64,000 nucleotides of DNA, taken from the NCBI GenBank assembly GCA_017303995.1, contig JAFLBE010000006.1, positions 32,737-96,736 of the forward strand, in the 5' to 3' direction. This DNA comes from Bacteroidota bacterium (lineage in GTDB: Bacteria; Bacteroidota; JABWAT01). Below are positions 38,869-49,515 of the stretch, in pieces (the first letter of the stretch is position 1; every line of letters begins with the position of its first letter). The notes under the pieces were generated by a model, which was not told where the DNA came from, did not search any database, and saw nothing but the letters and a program-made list of their open reading frames with translations. The position numbers were made by a program, and so were the translations under genes.

Positions 38869-39151
38869 TTTAAAAACCTAAAGTCCACAATAGAATAATT
38901 CCAAAACCTGAAACCCGGAAAAGGTCTCCATTCCATAAAATCAGTTTCTGATTTTAAAAAGTTTTTTGATTGGGTAATTGAAGCATCACCCTGGTAAATG
39001 TAAAACAATAGCCTGCAGAATAGCAAGGGGAAAAAGACAAGTCTGGATTCTTTACAAGTTTAATCCTACACTTCGGGATAAAACCTTACCTAACACCCAT
39101 TGACCAGGTTTCGGTTTTTCCCTTTGATCACATTTCCATTAAAGATAGTCT

Positions 39152-39190
39152 AAAAAAAAAGGGTGAACTAATGTTCACCCTTTTAAAAAA
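39152..39190. terminator. Bidirectional rho-independent terminator downstream of the desaturase gene
   Basis: Sequence is aaaaaaaaa gggtgaac taat gttcaccc tttt. Confidence 0.8.
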
Positions 39191-39229
39191 TGGGGTTTTT
39201 AAATTGAAAAAATCTATTTCAAAATGAAA

Positions 39230-40339
39230 TTATCCCTTTGCCATATCGTATTTTCCAAGACGATATAACATGACCCCGTGATTCCACATTGCCTTGAAGA
39301 AGGAGGGTTCAACGTGATAGGGAATTCCGAATTCCTGCGTGGTTTCTTTCACAATTTTTGAAATATTTTTGTAATGAACGTGGCAGACATTCGGGAATAA
39401 ATGATGCTCGGTCTGGAAATTAAGTCCGCCGATCAGCCAGGTTACAACCGGATTATTGGTTGCAAAGTTAGATGTGTTTTTTAACTGGTGAACGGCCCAG
39501 CTGTCATCTACTTTTCCGGCAGCATTTGGGGTTCCGTAATCAGATTCAGGCACAACATGAGCTGACTGAAAAATACTTCCCAGGATAAACCCGGTAATGA
39601 AGTGCATAATCAGGAAAAAGGTGATTGTGAGATACCACGAAATAGGTAACAAAATGATCGGCAGAATAAGGAAAACCACACCGTAAATAATCTTGGATAA
39701 AATGAGTTTTCCGAAAAGTTCATAAACAGATTGTTTCCGGTCTTTAACCAGGCCCATTTCTTTGTATTTCAAAAGCTGAGGATAGTCTTTCCAGAAGAAC
39801 CAGTTCAGAGTCACAAACATATAAAGAAACCAGGCATAGATATGTTGGGCACGATGATACCATTTCCGATCCTGACCGGGTGAGCATCTGATCATGCCAC
39901 CGATATTGATATCATCGTCAAGTCCGTCAATGTTGGTATAGGCATGGTGCAGCATATTGTGCTGAATTTTCCAGGTCAGGGTGCTTCCACCTACTAAAGT
40001 TAGCAAGTAACCCAGAATGGTATTCAGCCAATGATACCGGGAATAGGATCCGTGATTGGCATCGTGCATGACATCCATACCAATTCCAGCCATTCCGAAA
40101 CTCATGAGAATAAACATGGTAAAAATCAGCCAGGTGTTTTCGACCAGACCGGTCATCATGAGCAGGTAAGGGATTGTGTAAAGGGAAACCATAAATATGG
40201 TTTTGAAAACCATGCCAAAATTGGCTTGTTTAGAAATTTTCCGGGTTTCGAAATAGTCGTTGACCCTGCTTCTCAGCGTATGGAAAAAATCGGTGTTCTG
40301 ATCGTTGGCGAATTTCACAGTGATGTGATTCATGAGCAT
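39230..40339 (-). CDS. Membrane fatty-acid desaturase (front-end-type histidine boxes)
   Basis: Histidine boxes HDANHGS, HNMLHH and QTEHHLFP. Confidence 0.8.
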   Translation of the reverse strand: MLMNHITVKFANDQNTDFFHTLRSRVNDYFETRKISKQANFGMVFKTIFMVSLYTIPYLLMMTGLVENTWLIFTMFILMSFGMAGIGMDVMHDANHGSYSRYHWLNTILGYLLTLVGGSTLTWKIQHNMLHHAYTNIDGLDDDINIGGMIRCSPGQDRKWYHRAQHIYAWFLYMFVTLNWFFWKDYPQLLKYKEMGLVKDRKQSVYELFGKLILSKIIYGVVFLILPIILLPISWYLTITFFLIMHFITGFILGSIFQSAHVVPESDYGTPNAAGKVDDSWAVHQLKNTSNFATNNPVVTWLIGGLNFQTEHHLFPNVCHVHYKNISKIVKETTQEFGIPYHVEPSFFKAMWNHGVMLYRLGKYDMAKG

Positions 40340-40446
40340 CCAAAAATGGTGAATAGTTTATCCGGACTTAAAGAAGTTACCGGTGAAGTAAGTCATTTGG
40401 TCTTCACAGTCAAGATAAGAAAAAAAAGGCAGGATTCCGTTCGCGC

Positions 40447-42564
40447 TTACTTAGACGGTTTCAAAATAATGGCTGCTCCTCCGCCTGGAGCAAGCTGAAC
40501 CGACAATGTTTTTTCAGCGGAAACTGTCTCAGTTTTGATAACATACTCCATAGGGTTTGAGTTCCAGTGCGCTTTTGTGCCATCCTGAAAAATAGTGGCC
40601 GTGTACGATTTTCCCCTTGGAAGGAAGCTTAGGTTAATTGTTGCCAATCTGCCGTTTTCATCGGTAATCGCACCTACAAACCAGTCATCAGTTCCCTTTG
40701 CCTGCCGGGCAACGGTCAGGTAATCACCGGGTTCTGCTTCAAGATAGTTGGTATCATCCCAATCAACAGCAACTTCTTCAATGAATCTGAATGCATCTGG
40801 GAAACGCTCATAATTTTCGGGCAAATCAGCAGCCATTTGCAGTGGTGAGTAAAGAGTTACGTAAAGTGCCAACTGTTTTGCAAGTGTGGTTTTTACATTT
40901 TCCTTTTTCCCGGGCTGATAATAATCCAGTTTGATCTGAAAGATTCCGGGTGTGTAGTCCATCGGCCCGCCCATTAGCCGGGTGAACGGGAGAATCGTTT
41001 CATGTTCAGGTGTGTTTCCATAACTCCACCCATTGAATTCATTTCCTCTTGCAGCCTCATTGGCCATCCAGTTCGGATAGGTTCGGTGAAGTCCGGTTGG
41101 GCGAACGGGTTCATGGGCATCGAGCATAATCTGGTTATCAGCAAATCCTTTGGCGGTCCTCACATAATGATTCACCATCCATTGGCCATCATGATGTTCG
41201 CCCCGGGGAATAATTCGTCCCACATAGCCAGTTTTTACTGCATCGTAACCATACTTTTTCATGAACGAAACAGCCTTGTCGAACCTGCGTTCAAAGTTGG
41301 TTGCTGATGCTGATGTTTCGTGATGCATGATCAGTTTTACCCCTTTTGAGGCTGCATAATCCTGCAATTCACTTACATTGAAATCGGGATATGGCGTTAC
41401 AAAATCAAAAACATCTTCTTTCCAGTTACCGGCCCAATCTTCCCAACCGATGTTCCAACCTTCCACCAAAACACCGTCAATTTTATGTTTTGCTGCAAAA
41501 TCGATATAATATTTTGTTCGTTCTGTGGTAGCACCATGACGGCCGTTTGGTTTGAGCGATTTCCAATCAGTATCAGCCAGTTTTAGATTCCATGTATCAG
41601 AATAATTCCATGACGATTTCCCGACGTGCATTTCCCACCAGATTCCCACATATTTCATGGGTTTGATCCAGCTCGTATTTTCAATGACGGATGGTTCATT
41701 CAGATTTAAAATAAGTTTTGAATCCAGGATGGCAGTGGCTGTTTCGGTGACGATTATTGTTCTCCACGGTGTTTTTGCCGGTGTTTGCAAATAGGCTTTG
41801 GCACCTGTTGCAGAGGGAACAAGGTGAGCAGAAATGGAAAATGTTTTACGATCCACATTTAGATTCATTGCCGGATAGTCAATCAAAGCTGCTTCGTGAA
41901 TATTGAGATAAAGTCCGTCACCAGACTTCATCATAAGCGGCGTTTGAACGACGGCTTCACCTGCCTGAGATTTTTCACCCTTTTCCTTTGAAGCGAAAAC
42001 CTCAAAAGCATTGATTTCTGAAAGGGGTCCAGTTGTGTACAAATATTCGTTGGTGTCATAATCACCGGGCATCCACCAGGCTTTATGATTACCGGTAAGA
42101 TTAAATTCAGTTAGCTCACCCGTGACTGTGAAATATCCAAGCTGATTTTGACGGGGAAATTCGTAGCGGAACCCGAGTCCGTCATTGTATAGCCGAAAAC
42201 GGAGGATAATAGTTCGATTTTTTTCGGATGGTTGAATAAGTGTGAATGCTTGTTCGTTGTACTGATTCCGTATAGTTTTTACTTCGCCCCAAACCGGATC
42301 CCAGGTGTTGTTGAAGAAACTGGTTTCCACTTTTGAAAGAACAAATCCGTCAGAAAAACCCCGTCCAGATGAGGAAAGGATCCCGAGTTTGCTCTTTTCC
42401 AGTACAGGTTTCAAATTTAACAAAAGTGTGTAAACCGGTTCACCCTTTTCGGTAAGAGAAAAGGTAAGTGTCAGTTTTTTATCAGGCGATTGAAGTGTTT
42501 CGGCAGAAAGGGAAGAAAGCTGGATTGCAAATACAAGCAAAAGTACATAAAGAAGTCGGGTCAT
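40447..42564 (-). CDS. Glycoside hydrolase family 97 (alpha-glucosidase, SusB-like), secreted
   Basis: Signal peptide, about 700 aa, with GH97-like segments (IHEAALIDYPAM, VKTGYVG, HEPVRPTGLHRTYPN). Confidence 0.8.
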   Translation of the reverse strand: MTRLLYVLLLVFAIQLSSLSAETLQSPDKKLTLTFSLTEKGEPVYTLLLNLKPVLEKSKLGILSSSGRGFSDGFVLSKVETSFFNNTWDPVWGEVKTIRNQYNEQAFTLIQPSEKNRTIILRFRLYNDGLGFRYEFPRQNQLGYFTVTGELTEFNLTGNHKAWWMPGDYDTNEYLYTTGPLSEINAFEVFASKEKGEKSQAGEAVVQTPLMMKSGDGLYLNIHEAALIDYPAMNLNVDRKTFSISAHLVPSATGAKAYLQTPAKTPWRTIIVTETATAILDSKLILNLNEPSVIENTSWIKPMKYVGIWWEMHVGKSSWNYSDTWNLKLADTDWKSLKPNGRHGATTERTKYYIDFAAKHKIDGVLVEGWNIGWEDWAGNWKEDVFDFVTPYPDFNVSELQDYAASKGVKLIMHHETSASATNFERRFDKAVSFMKKYGYDAVKTGYVGRIIPRGEHHDGQWMVNHYVRTAKGFADNQIMLDAHEPVRPTGLHRTYPNWMANEAARGNEFNGWSYGNTPEHETILPFTRLMGGPMDYTPGIFQIKLDYYQPGKKENVKTTLAKQLALYVTLYSPLQMAADLPENYERFPDAFRFIEEVAVDWDDTNYLEAEPGDYLTVARQAKGTDDWFVGAITDENGRLATINLSFLPRGKSYTATIFQDGTKAHWNSNPMEYVIKTETVSAEKTLSVQLAPGGGAAIILKPSK

Positions 42565-42748
42565 AACGTCTCCGGATTTAATTCAGGATAAAGCAATCGG
42601 TTGAAAGATAAAGGTAAAGAAACTTTCCGAAAAAATGGAAGCGGTTTTCTTGAACTTCCCAAATTATTTGAAAGTTTTACTGAATTACTGACAGACGGTT
42701 TAGCAGATTTTACGACGGGAAGTTAGGTCAACCTGGTGGCAAAGTAGG

Positions 42749-44206
42749 TTACTCACCGGCGAGTTGGATCATTTGCCAGTAAGGGGGCATATATCCGTTT
42801 TTCTTCCGGAAATGTTCAACTTTTTCTTCGGTAATTTTGCGGAGTTTCTGAAATCTCAGAACAAATTCTTCATTTTTCAGGGCGATGGTTGCACTCATTC
42901 CTTCCGGAATTAATTCAACGCTTCCAAATTGGTTCATTACCCAGCAATAGGCTTTAAATACCCGGATTACCGGTAGCAGAAAAGGATTATAATTTAACTC
43001 TTCACCTGAATTTGCCCGTTCAATAAGCGCATCCATAACCGCACTGTAAATATGATCCTGAAGCAAGGTTTCCTGATCACGCCATTCAGCAACCACTGCC
43101 AATTGCGGGTCATATTCCAAATCAGACGGCATTTGGGTTACAAAATTTTCAACACCGAAAGCATTCAGCCAGTTAACAATTCCCTGAGACGAAATAGTTG
43201 AGACTGATTTCCAGATTTGAATGCCGTGTTTCCGGTAAGCAAACGACCCAACCTCAGAGCAAAACAAGGAAGACGAATCTGCAAAATTCATCTTAAAATC
43301 GTAGGCAATGTGACGGTTTTTGGCCTGATCAAGTGCGAATTCAGCAGCAAGATGAGGGAGTTTGGGATTTTTTACCATATCAGGTAAATCAGGTCTTAAC
43401 CGCAAAACCATGAACCTGAGTTTTTTATCCTGCTTATATTGTTCGGCAGTGGCGATTGCAACTCCTTTTTCAATATGAGCTTCAATCAGAGATGGAATTC
43501 CGGTTTTTTCATCAACATGAACAAGAGCAACGTGACTGAAATTTCCGGGAAAATCATTTCCACGGGAAATCAGCGCCGAAACTTCAAAGCCACCTCTGGA
43601 AACGAGTAAATCGCCAGAGTGAACCTTTATTCCAAAAAGTTCTGCAAAAGGCGTCTGGCTCGGTGTTTCCTCAACGAAAAGTGCCGGATTGAATTGAAGG
43701 GAATCGGATTGCAGGAGAACTTCTTCAGTTGCTGCCCTCATTCCATATAGCAGCCGGTAAAGGGTAATTCTTGAAGCTGAATCGGTCATATCCCAATTTC
43801 TGGACTTGTGTTTAACTGCAATTCTGATTTCAGAATACAGATTCAGATATTTTTCTTTGAAATGTTGTCTGACTGCAACAGCCGGTGCCAACTGGAAAAA
43901 CGTGACTTCCAATTTTTTAAAAATGGAATCATCAGGAGTCAGAGAATCCTTTTTTACCTGATTAAGCAGAACAGCCATTTCCAGAAATCCTTTGGTAAGA
44001 ACTGAATCCAGTTTTTCAGGGTTTTCTGTCCGGTTAGTCAAATATTGAGTTTCCAGTTGTTGCCATTGTTCATTCTGGTTCCAAATGAAGGGTTTTTCTG
44101 AAGCCTTAATCGCCGGAGGATCGGGTTGATCTGGAATCAGAAGAATGACGTAGAGCAGGATCAGCGAAAATACTGACCCTAAAAGGATTTGAATTGTTTT
44201 GTTCAT
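42749..44206 (-). CDS. Membrane-anchored protein with a YiiX/YaeF-type permuted papain-like (C92) domain
   Basis: N-terminal TM segment. GDLLVSRG...FSHVALVH...IEAHIEKGV...YDFKMNF...LFCSEVGSFAY matches the permuted NlpC/P60 motif order. Confidence 0.55.
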   Translation of the reverse strand: MNKTIQILLGSVFSLILLYVILLIPDQPDPPAIKASEKPFIWNQNEQWQQLETQYLTNRTENPEKLDSVLTKGFLEMAVLLNQVKKDSLTPDDSIFKKLEVTFFQLAPAVAVRQHFKEKYLNLYSEIRIAVKHKSRNWDMTDSASRITLYRLLYGMRAATEEVLLQSDSLQFNPALFVEETPSQTPFAELFGIKVHSGDLLVSRGGFEVSALISRGNDFPGNFSHVALVHVDEKTGIPSLIEAHIEKGVAIATAEQYKQDKKLRFMVLRLRPDLPDMVKNPKLPHLAAEFALDQAKNRHIAYDFKMNFADSSSLFCSEVGSFAYRKHGIQIWKSVSTISSQGIVNWLNAFGVENFVTQMPSDLEYDPQLAVVAEWRDQETLLQDHIYSAVMDALIERANSGEELNYNPFLLPVIRVFKAYCWVMNQFGSVELIPEGMSATIALKNEEFVLRFQKLRKITEEKVEHFRKKNGYMPPYWQMIQLAGE

Positions 44207-44253
44207 GTCTGGTGATTAAAGTGGGAAAATGGTGAAGGTGATGAACGAAGAAA

Positions 44254-45123
44254 TCATTCAACAGCTTTGTGAGTTTTCTTATAAACATCAAAAGCGATGT
44301 TATTCTTTCCTGAGTTTTTAACCGTATACATGAGTTGATCGGTGAGGGTAATCATTTCGTTGACAGAACTTGGAACCGTTTCAAAGCTGAGGGCACCAAA
44401 ACTGGCAGTAACCGGCCATTTGTTTTTTTTCATGAGTTCATCAAGCTGTTGTTTTATTTTTCCGATGATTATTCTGGCTCCGTCAGCCTCTGTATTGGTG
44501 AGTAAAATGGCAAATTCATCTCCGCCAAGACGGGCAGGAATATCTACTTTCCTGAGGTTTTCTACCATAATATCGGCAACAGCACGAAGCAATTCATCCC
44601 CCTTCTGATGACCAAATGTATCATTAACTGCTTTGAAATTATCGAGATCAAAATAAACCATCGTGAACAATTCGCCTGACCGAACCATCCGTTCAATTTC
44701 AACATTGGTTCTTTCTCTGAAACCACGGCCATTGGTCAAGCCAGTTAGACCATCTACCAGGGCAAGTTCATGTTCAGTTTTAATTGCTTCATGCAATCTT
44801 GAAAAAAGAAAGGAAGCGAGAAGCAATGAAAACAGTCTGATAGCAGCGTTCCAGATCAGAATTCCATCTACTTCAAAATTGTTCCGAAGTGCAAAGTCTG
44901 TAATTAGCCAAACCACTTCAGAAATAATGGCTGTTCTGAAACCGGCCTTCCTGCCAAGAAACCAGGATGCAAACCCAACAGGAACAACATAAAAAACAGA
45001 AAGCAGAATTTCTGGTCCCGAGAGATAATCGATAACTGAAATGATCAGAATGAAAAGGACGGTATAGATCCAGTTTAGCAGGATTGAGTTTGATTTGAAA
45101 TGAAAATTAAGTAACCGGATCAT
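44254..45123 (-). CDS. Diguanylate cyclase (GGDEF) with a TM N-terminal region
   Basis: DGLTGLTNGRGF...RLGGDEFAILL. I chose the ATG at 45123 over the TTG at 45159. Confidence 0.8.
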   Translation of the reverse strand: MIRLLNFHFKSNSILLNWIYTVLFILIISVIDYLSGPEILLSVFYVVPVGFASWFLGRKAGFRTAIISEVVWLITDFALRNNFEVDGILIWNAAIRLFSLLLASFLFSRLHEAIKTEHELALVDGLTGLTNGRGFRERTNVEIERMVRSGELFTMVYFDLDNFKAVNDTFGHQKGDELLRAVADIMVENLRKVDIPARLGGDEFAILLTNTEADGARIIIGKIKQQLDELMKKNKWPVTASFGALSFETVPSSVNEMITLTDQLMYTVKNSGKNNIAFDVYKKTHKAVE

Positions 45124-45325
45124 AGACTTTTCAGGATAGTTATTGTTTAAAGATAACAATTCAAAGTATTTAAATATTTCACTAAAGCTAATTTATTTTG
45201 GTGAATGAACCAAATGATAGTTTATCAGGAGAGAAAAGGGGAAAGGTTGGGAGTGGAAATTTCTGGGTAAAACAAATACTGGATCCCGGGCATAAGCCCA
45301 CGATCCAGTATCAAAATAACAATAG

Positions 45326-46612
45326 TTACGGGTTATTACTTCTGTAATTTGCCGGTTTTCTAGATCCGGTGGTGCCTTTACCAAAAAATTGTTTGGTTTG
45401 GCTTGGCCGTGGATGACGGGTATCGGGTCTTGAAGAATGAGACGTTTTAGGTTTTGGTTCAACCGTAAAGATTTTCATTGGGAACGGATTGTCATCAGCC
45501 ATTGGGATTTCTAATCCGGTCAGGCGTTTGATGTCACGCAGGTTATCTCTTTCTTCGGCATCACAGAAAGAAAATGCAATTCCGGATGCACCGGCACGGC
45601 CAGTTCTTCCGATACGGTGAACGTAAGTTTCAGGTACATCAGGGAGTTCATAATTGATCACGTGAGACAAATTGTCCACATCAATTCCACGGGCAGCAAT
45701 ATCAGTTGCAATCAGAACCCGGGTAACACCGTCTTTGAAATTATTCAGAGCACGTTGTCTGGCAGATTGGGACTTTCCGCCGTGAATGACTTCTGCATTC
45801 ACACTCATTTTAACCAGATCTTTGCAAACTTTGTCGGCACCGTGTTTGGTTCGGGTAAAAACCAGAACGGATTCCAGATTTTCATCCCTGAGTAAATGAA
45901 GAAGCAGATTTTTCTTATTTTCTTTATCAACCATGTACAGCCACTGAACTACTTTTTCGGCTGTGGTGATGTTGGGTGTGACTTCAACTTTAATCGGATT
46001 GGTTAAGATACTTCCGGCCAGTTTCTGAATTTCCATCGGCATGGTTGCAGAGAAAAATAAAGTTTGACGTTTTGCAGGAAGCTTGTTAATAATACGCTTT
46101 ACATCGTGGATGAAACCCATGTCGAGCATGCGGTCAGCTTCATCCAGAACAAAAATTTGAATATGACTCAGGTTTACAAATCCCTGATTCATGAGATCAA
46201 GCAGACGACCTGGAGTTGCAACGAGAATATCAGTTCCGCGGTAAAGTCCGTCAGTTTGGGGTTTCTGACCTACTCCACCGAAAATAACCAAAGTTCTGAG
46301 TCCGGTATGACGCCCGTAAGCTTTAAAGCTTTCTTCAATCTGGATGGCGAGTTCACGGGTTGGTGTTAAAATGAGCGTCCGGATCATTTTTTTCCGGTGA
46401 TCGTGATCCTGATCAGCACGAAGCAGCTGAAGGATAGGAATAGCGAAGGCTGCGGTTTTGCCTGTTCCGGTTTGTGCACAACCCAAAAGATCTTTTTGTT
46501 CCAGAATGTGGGGAATTGCCTGTTCCTGGATGGGGGTTGGTGTTGTGTAACCTTCTTCTTTTAAGGCAGTTAAAATGGAGGGGATCAGAGCTAGAGAATC
46601 AAAAGTCATCAA
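45326..46612 (-). CDS. rhlE: DEAD-box ATP-dependent RNA helicase (RhlE-like)
   Basis: Q motif, AQTGTGKT, VLDEADRMLD, SAT and HRIGRTGRAG, with a basic C-terminal tail. Confidence 0.9.
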   Translation of the reverse strand: MMTFDSLALIPSILTALKEEGYTTPTPIQEQAIPHILEQKDLLGCAQTGTGKTAAFAIPILQLLRADQDHDHRKKMIRTLILTPTRELAIQIEESFKAYGRHTGLRTLVIFGGVGQKPQTDGLYRGTDILVATPGRLLDLMNQGFVNLSHIQIFVLDEADRMLDMGFIHDVKRIINKLPAKRQTLFFSATMPMEIQKLAGSILTNPIKVEVTPNITTAEKVVQWLYMVDKENKKNLLLHLLRDENLESVLVFTRTKHGADKVCKDLVKMSVNAEVIHGGKSQSARQRALNNFKDGVTRVLIATDIAARGIDVDNLSHVINYELPDVPETYVHRIGRTGRAGASGIAFSFCDAEERDNLRDIKRLTGLEIPMADDNPFPMKIFTVEPKPKTSHSSRPDTRHPRPSQTKQFFGKGTTGSRKPANYRSNNP

Positions 46613-46907
46613 GGGTAAAATTGCTTTCGGAGAGTGAAAAATAATGAAAAAAGGCCGGAGGGTTTAGGTTCTGGCTGATCCGCGATTTCGTTATTTTTAT
46701 CCGGATCCTGTACAAAGATACCGAAATGGGCTGGGAATTCCGCATTGGATGACGAAATTGGAAGATCCTGACCCAGTGTTTCGACCAAAACCCTCTGAAT
46801 TAGAAACTGATTTGAATTTGGGAAAATGTACATCCATCTCATCCCATTTTATGAAATATCCTTCAGAAACTTCTATTTTTACAGTTTATTCCCTAAAGTG
46901 AAAAATT

Positions 46908-47576
46908 ATGCCTCTTTCTGAATATTTCGTTACCGGATCGGTGACACCCATTGGCCTCGATATGCTGCTTGAAGGTGGCTGGCGGCATTTTGGTGAGTAT
47001 TTTTTCAGGTATGACAATCAGGAAAGTGATGGAAAAAATCTTCATATTGTTCCACTAAGAATCAATCTTGAGCGGTTTAAACAATCTGAAAGTCAGCGAA
47101 GGTTGATCAGAAAAAACAAAGATCTCTCAGTTAAAGTGGGACCAACTTTTGTTGACAAGGAAATCAGAGAACTTTTCGAAAAACATAGAGTACGCTTTAA
47201 AGAAAACGTACCTGATTCGCTCACTGATTTTCTTAGTTTTCAACCTGATTCTGTTCCGGTGGAAAATAAAACAGTTGTGGTTTTTGATCAGGGCAGGTTA
47301 ATTGCTGCCAGTTTTCTTGATATCGGAAACTGGTCAACATCCAGCATTTATGGGATTTTTGAACCCGATTTTGCGTCGAGAGGGTTAGGAATCTACACCA
47401 TGCTGATGGAAATTCAGTATTCGCTGAAAACGGGAAAGAAGTTTTACTATCCAGGGTATGCGCACCTTGAATCTTCTTATTACGATTATAAAAAACAGTT
47501 TTTCGGTCTTGAACGATACGACTGGGAAACCCAGCATTGGATTCCCGCAGAACGTTTTTTTACCGGGTCAATTTAA
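46908..47576 (+). CDS. Arginyl-tRNA-protein transferase (ATE/Bpt) C-terminal-domain family protein
   Basis: GWRHFGEYFFR and the YYPGY...YKKQF motifs are typical of ATE_C. The N-terminal Cys-rich part appears to be absent. Confidence 0.5.
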   Translation: MPLSEYFVTGSVTPIGLDMLLEGGWRHFGEYFFRYDNQESDGKNLHIVPLRINLERFKQSESQRRLIRKNKDLSVKVGPTFVDKEIRELFEKHRVRFKENVPDSLTDFLSFQPDSVPVENKTVVVFDQGRLIAASFLDIGNWSTSSIYGIFEPDFASRGLGIYTMLMEIQYSLKTGKKFYYPGYAHLESSYYDYKKQFFGLERYDWETQHWIPAERFFTGSI

Positions 47577-47585
47577 TCTGAAAAA

Positions 47586-48050
47586 TTATCCGTTTGCGAG
47601 TTTCAACGGAATCCATCTTAGATGTTTAATGCCATTTTCCATCAGATCAGGTAAATATTTCTGATTGATTTCAAGCAATTCGTCTTCGAGATCATCAAAA
47701 TTTTCGGCTTCATCGAAATCAAGATCAGGGTATTTCTCTTCAAGATCCCGTGTTGAAAGTTTGGTTGACAGGTCAACAACAAACTTCACTTCAGAAAAAT
47801 AATCCATGATTTCTTCTGCTTCATCAGCTACCAACCCGTTTGGGATGAGAACGGCCTTATTTTCCTGGTCGGCGATGACATCCCGGTTTCCCTTTAAGGC
47901 AAGCTGGTGATAAATCTCCTGCTGAAGCATAAAAATATCGGGAATAATCTCTTCATCGGGACGGGCAGAATTGTAAACCCAATCTGCAATATACAAAGCC
48001 TTTATCAGTTGTCTGGCTTGTTTTTTATCTAAATTGATTGAAATGGACAT
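47586..48050 (-). CDS. Hypothetical acidic protein
   Basis: 154-aa ORF with no competing frame. I recognise no family. Confidence 0.45.
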   Translation of the reverse strand: MSISINLDKKQARQLIKALYIADWVYNSARPDEEIIPDIFMLQQEIYHQLALKGNRDVIADQENKAVLIPNGLVADEAEEIMDYFSEVKFVVDLSTKLSTRDLEEKYPDLDFDEAENFDDLEDELLEINQKYLPDLMENGIKHLRWIPLKLANG

Positions 48051-48134
48051 GTTTTTCTTTCTTGAAATATTGGGTGCGAAAATACGGATATACGCAGGTA
48101 AAAGGAAGTTTCCGGCAAGTAACCCGAAATCTGA

Positions 48135-48503
48135 TTATTTTTTTAAGGTAGGAATTCTCAGAATAACCCAAACACCCGTCATGCCGAGAGTGAGAACAAC
48201 AATTCTGATCGTTACCGATTCATGAAACCAGACAGCAAGTGAAAGTGACAGAAAAATGGTAACGAGTGAAATGATTTTCAATCGTAGCGGAAGTGCACCT
48301 TTTTCCTGATAATCCCGGATGAATGTACCTAAAACCTTATGGTTTAGAAGCCAGTTGTGAAGCCGGTCAGAACTTCTGGCGAAACACCAAAGTGCTAAAA
48401 GCAGAAAGGGTGTGGTTGGTAAACCTGGAATAAAAATGCCAATGATTCCCGTTCCGGTAAAAATAAGTCCGGCAATGGCATATACAAGCTTAAGAGGGGT
48501 CAT
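48135..48503 (-). CDS. YbaN (DUF454) family inner-membrane protein
   Basis: GIIGIFIPGLPTTPFLLLALWCFARSSDRLHNWLLNH. Confidence 0.75.
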   Translation of the reverse strand: MTPLKLVYAIAGLIFTGTGIIGIFIPGLPTTPFLLLALWCFARSSDRLHNWLLNHKVLGTFIRDYQEKGALPLRLKIISLVTIFLSLSLAVWFHESVTIRIVVLTLGMTGVWVILRIPTLKK

Positions 48504-48531
48504 TGGTCAATCGAGGAAAATGATTTTCTGT

Positions 48532-49515
48532 TCAGTCCGGGTTTCTATTCTGCCGAAAAAGAGAATCTGGTTTTTCCAGAAGAGACTTGATTTCAATTTT
48601 CAAAAGTTCTGAGGATGTTGATTTCAGTAATTCCTGAAGTTTAGCCCGGGCATCGTTTTCGGGTAGTTTTAACCTTAGTAACCTGAATTCAGCATCTTCA
48701 GCCTCTGCACTTCGGTCAGCTTGCCGGTACATTTCAGTAGCCCTGTAATACCCGGCGATTGCCTCCGGAATTGCTTTTAGCCTTTCATTGGTTTGGGCGA
48801 TACCAAAAACATCATCGGCAAGACCTCGAAGATTTTCAAGTTCCCGGTCAGTTTGGTAAGCCTGATTGTAAAAAAGAAGTGCCTTTTTAAAATCTGTGTT
48901 TGCATAATAGGCCCATCCGGTCAGATAAGAACAATAACTGTATGCGTACGGATCTTCAAGTTCATTATCATCCTTCAGATCAGTCATATCGTCAACTGCA
49001 GATTCCAGTTCCTCAAGTTCATCCTCAAATTCTTGTCTTAGTCTGTCCCTTGACAAAAGTCGATATGCCCAGATTTGACCTGAAATTTCAGGCGAAGCTT
49101 CAAATTTCAAATCAGTGAGTTTGATGACAGAATCTGATTGTCCTGAAATAAAGAGTTGTTCAACCTGAAGTAAAAGAAGTGACGACTGTAATTCAGGCTG
49201 ATAAAGGGTTATCAGATTTTTCGCATTGTTAACCCAGGGTTCAGCCAGATCACCTTTTTTTACCAGCAAATATTGACGGGCCACGGCCAGGCACGAACGG
49301 ATTTTCCCTTTAATTTCATCAACCTGAGTATAATACCCATAGGCGGTCTGAAAATGCTGGATAGCCTGTTCGTGATTTTCCTGCAGAGAAGCACGAATGC
49401 CCTTTTGCATCTGATCCCGGGCCGAACGAACAGATTCTGTCGGCTTTTTCAGATTTTCGGGAACAGATGAACAAGCCGCTGCGAGGATAACTAAAAGAAT
49501 AAGCAAATATTTCAT
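48532..49515 (-). CDS. TPR-like lipoprotein, last gene of the mla-like operon
   Basis: Lipobox LAAAC and a helical-repeat composition. Its start overlaps the mlaD stop by 4 nt. Confidence 0.5.
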   Translation of the reverse strand: MKYLLILLVILAAACSSVPENLKKPTESVRSARDQMQKGIRASLQENHEQAIQHFQTAYGYYTQVDEIKGKIRSCLAVARQYLLVKKGDLAEPWVNNAKNLITLYQPELQSSLLLLQVEQLFISGQSDSVIKLTDLKFEASPEISGQIWAYRLLSRDRLRQEFEDELEELESAVDDMTDLKDDNELEDPYAYSYCSYLTGWAYYANTDFKKALLFYNQAYQTDRELENLRGLADDVFGIAQTNERLKAIPEAIAGYYRATEMYRQADRSAEAEDAEFRLLRLKLPENDARAKLQELLKSTSSELLKIEIKSLLEKPDSLFRQNRNPD

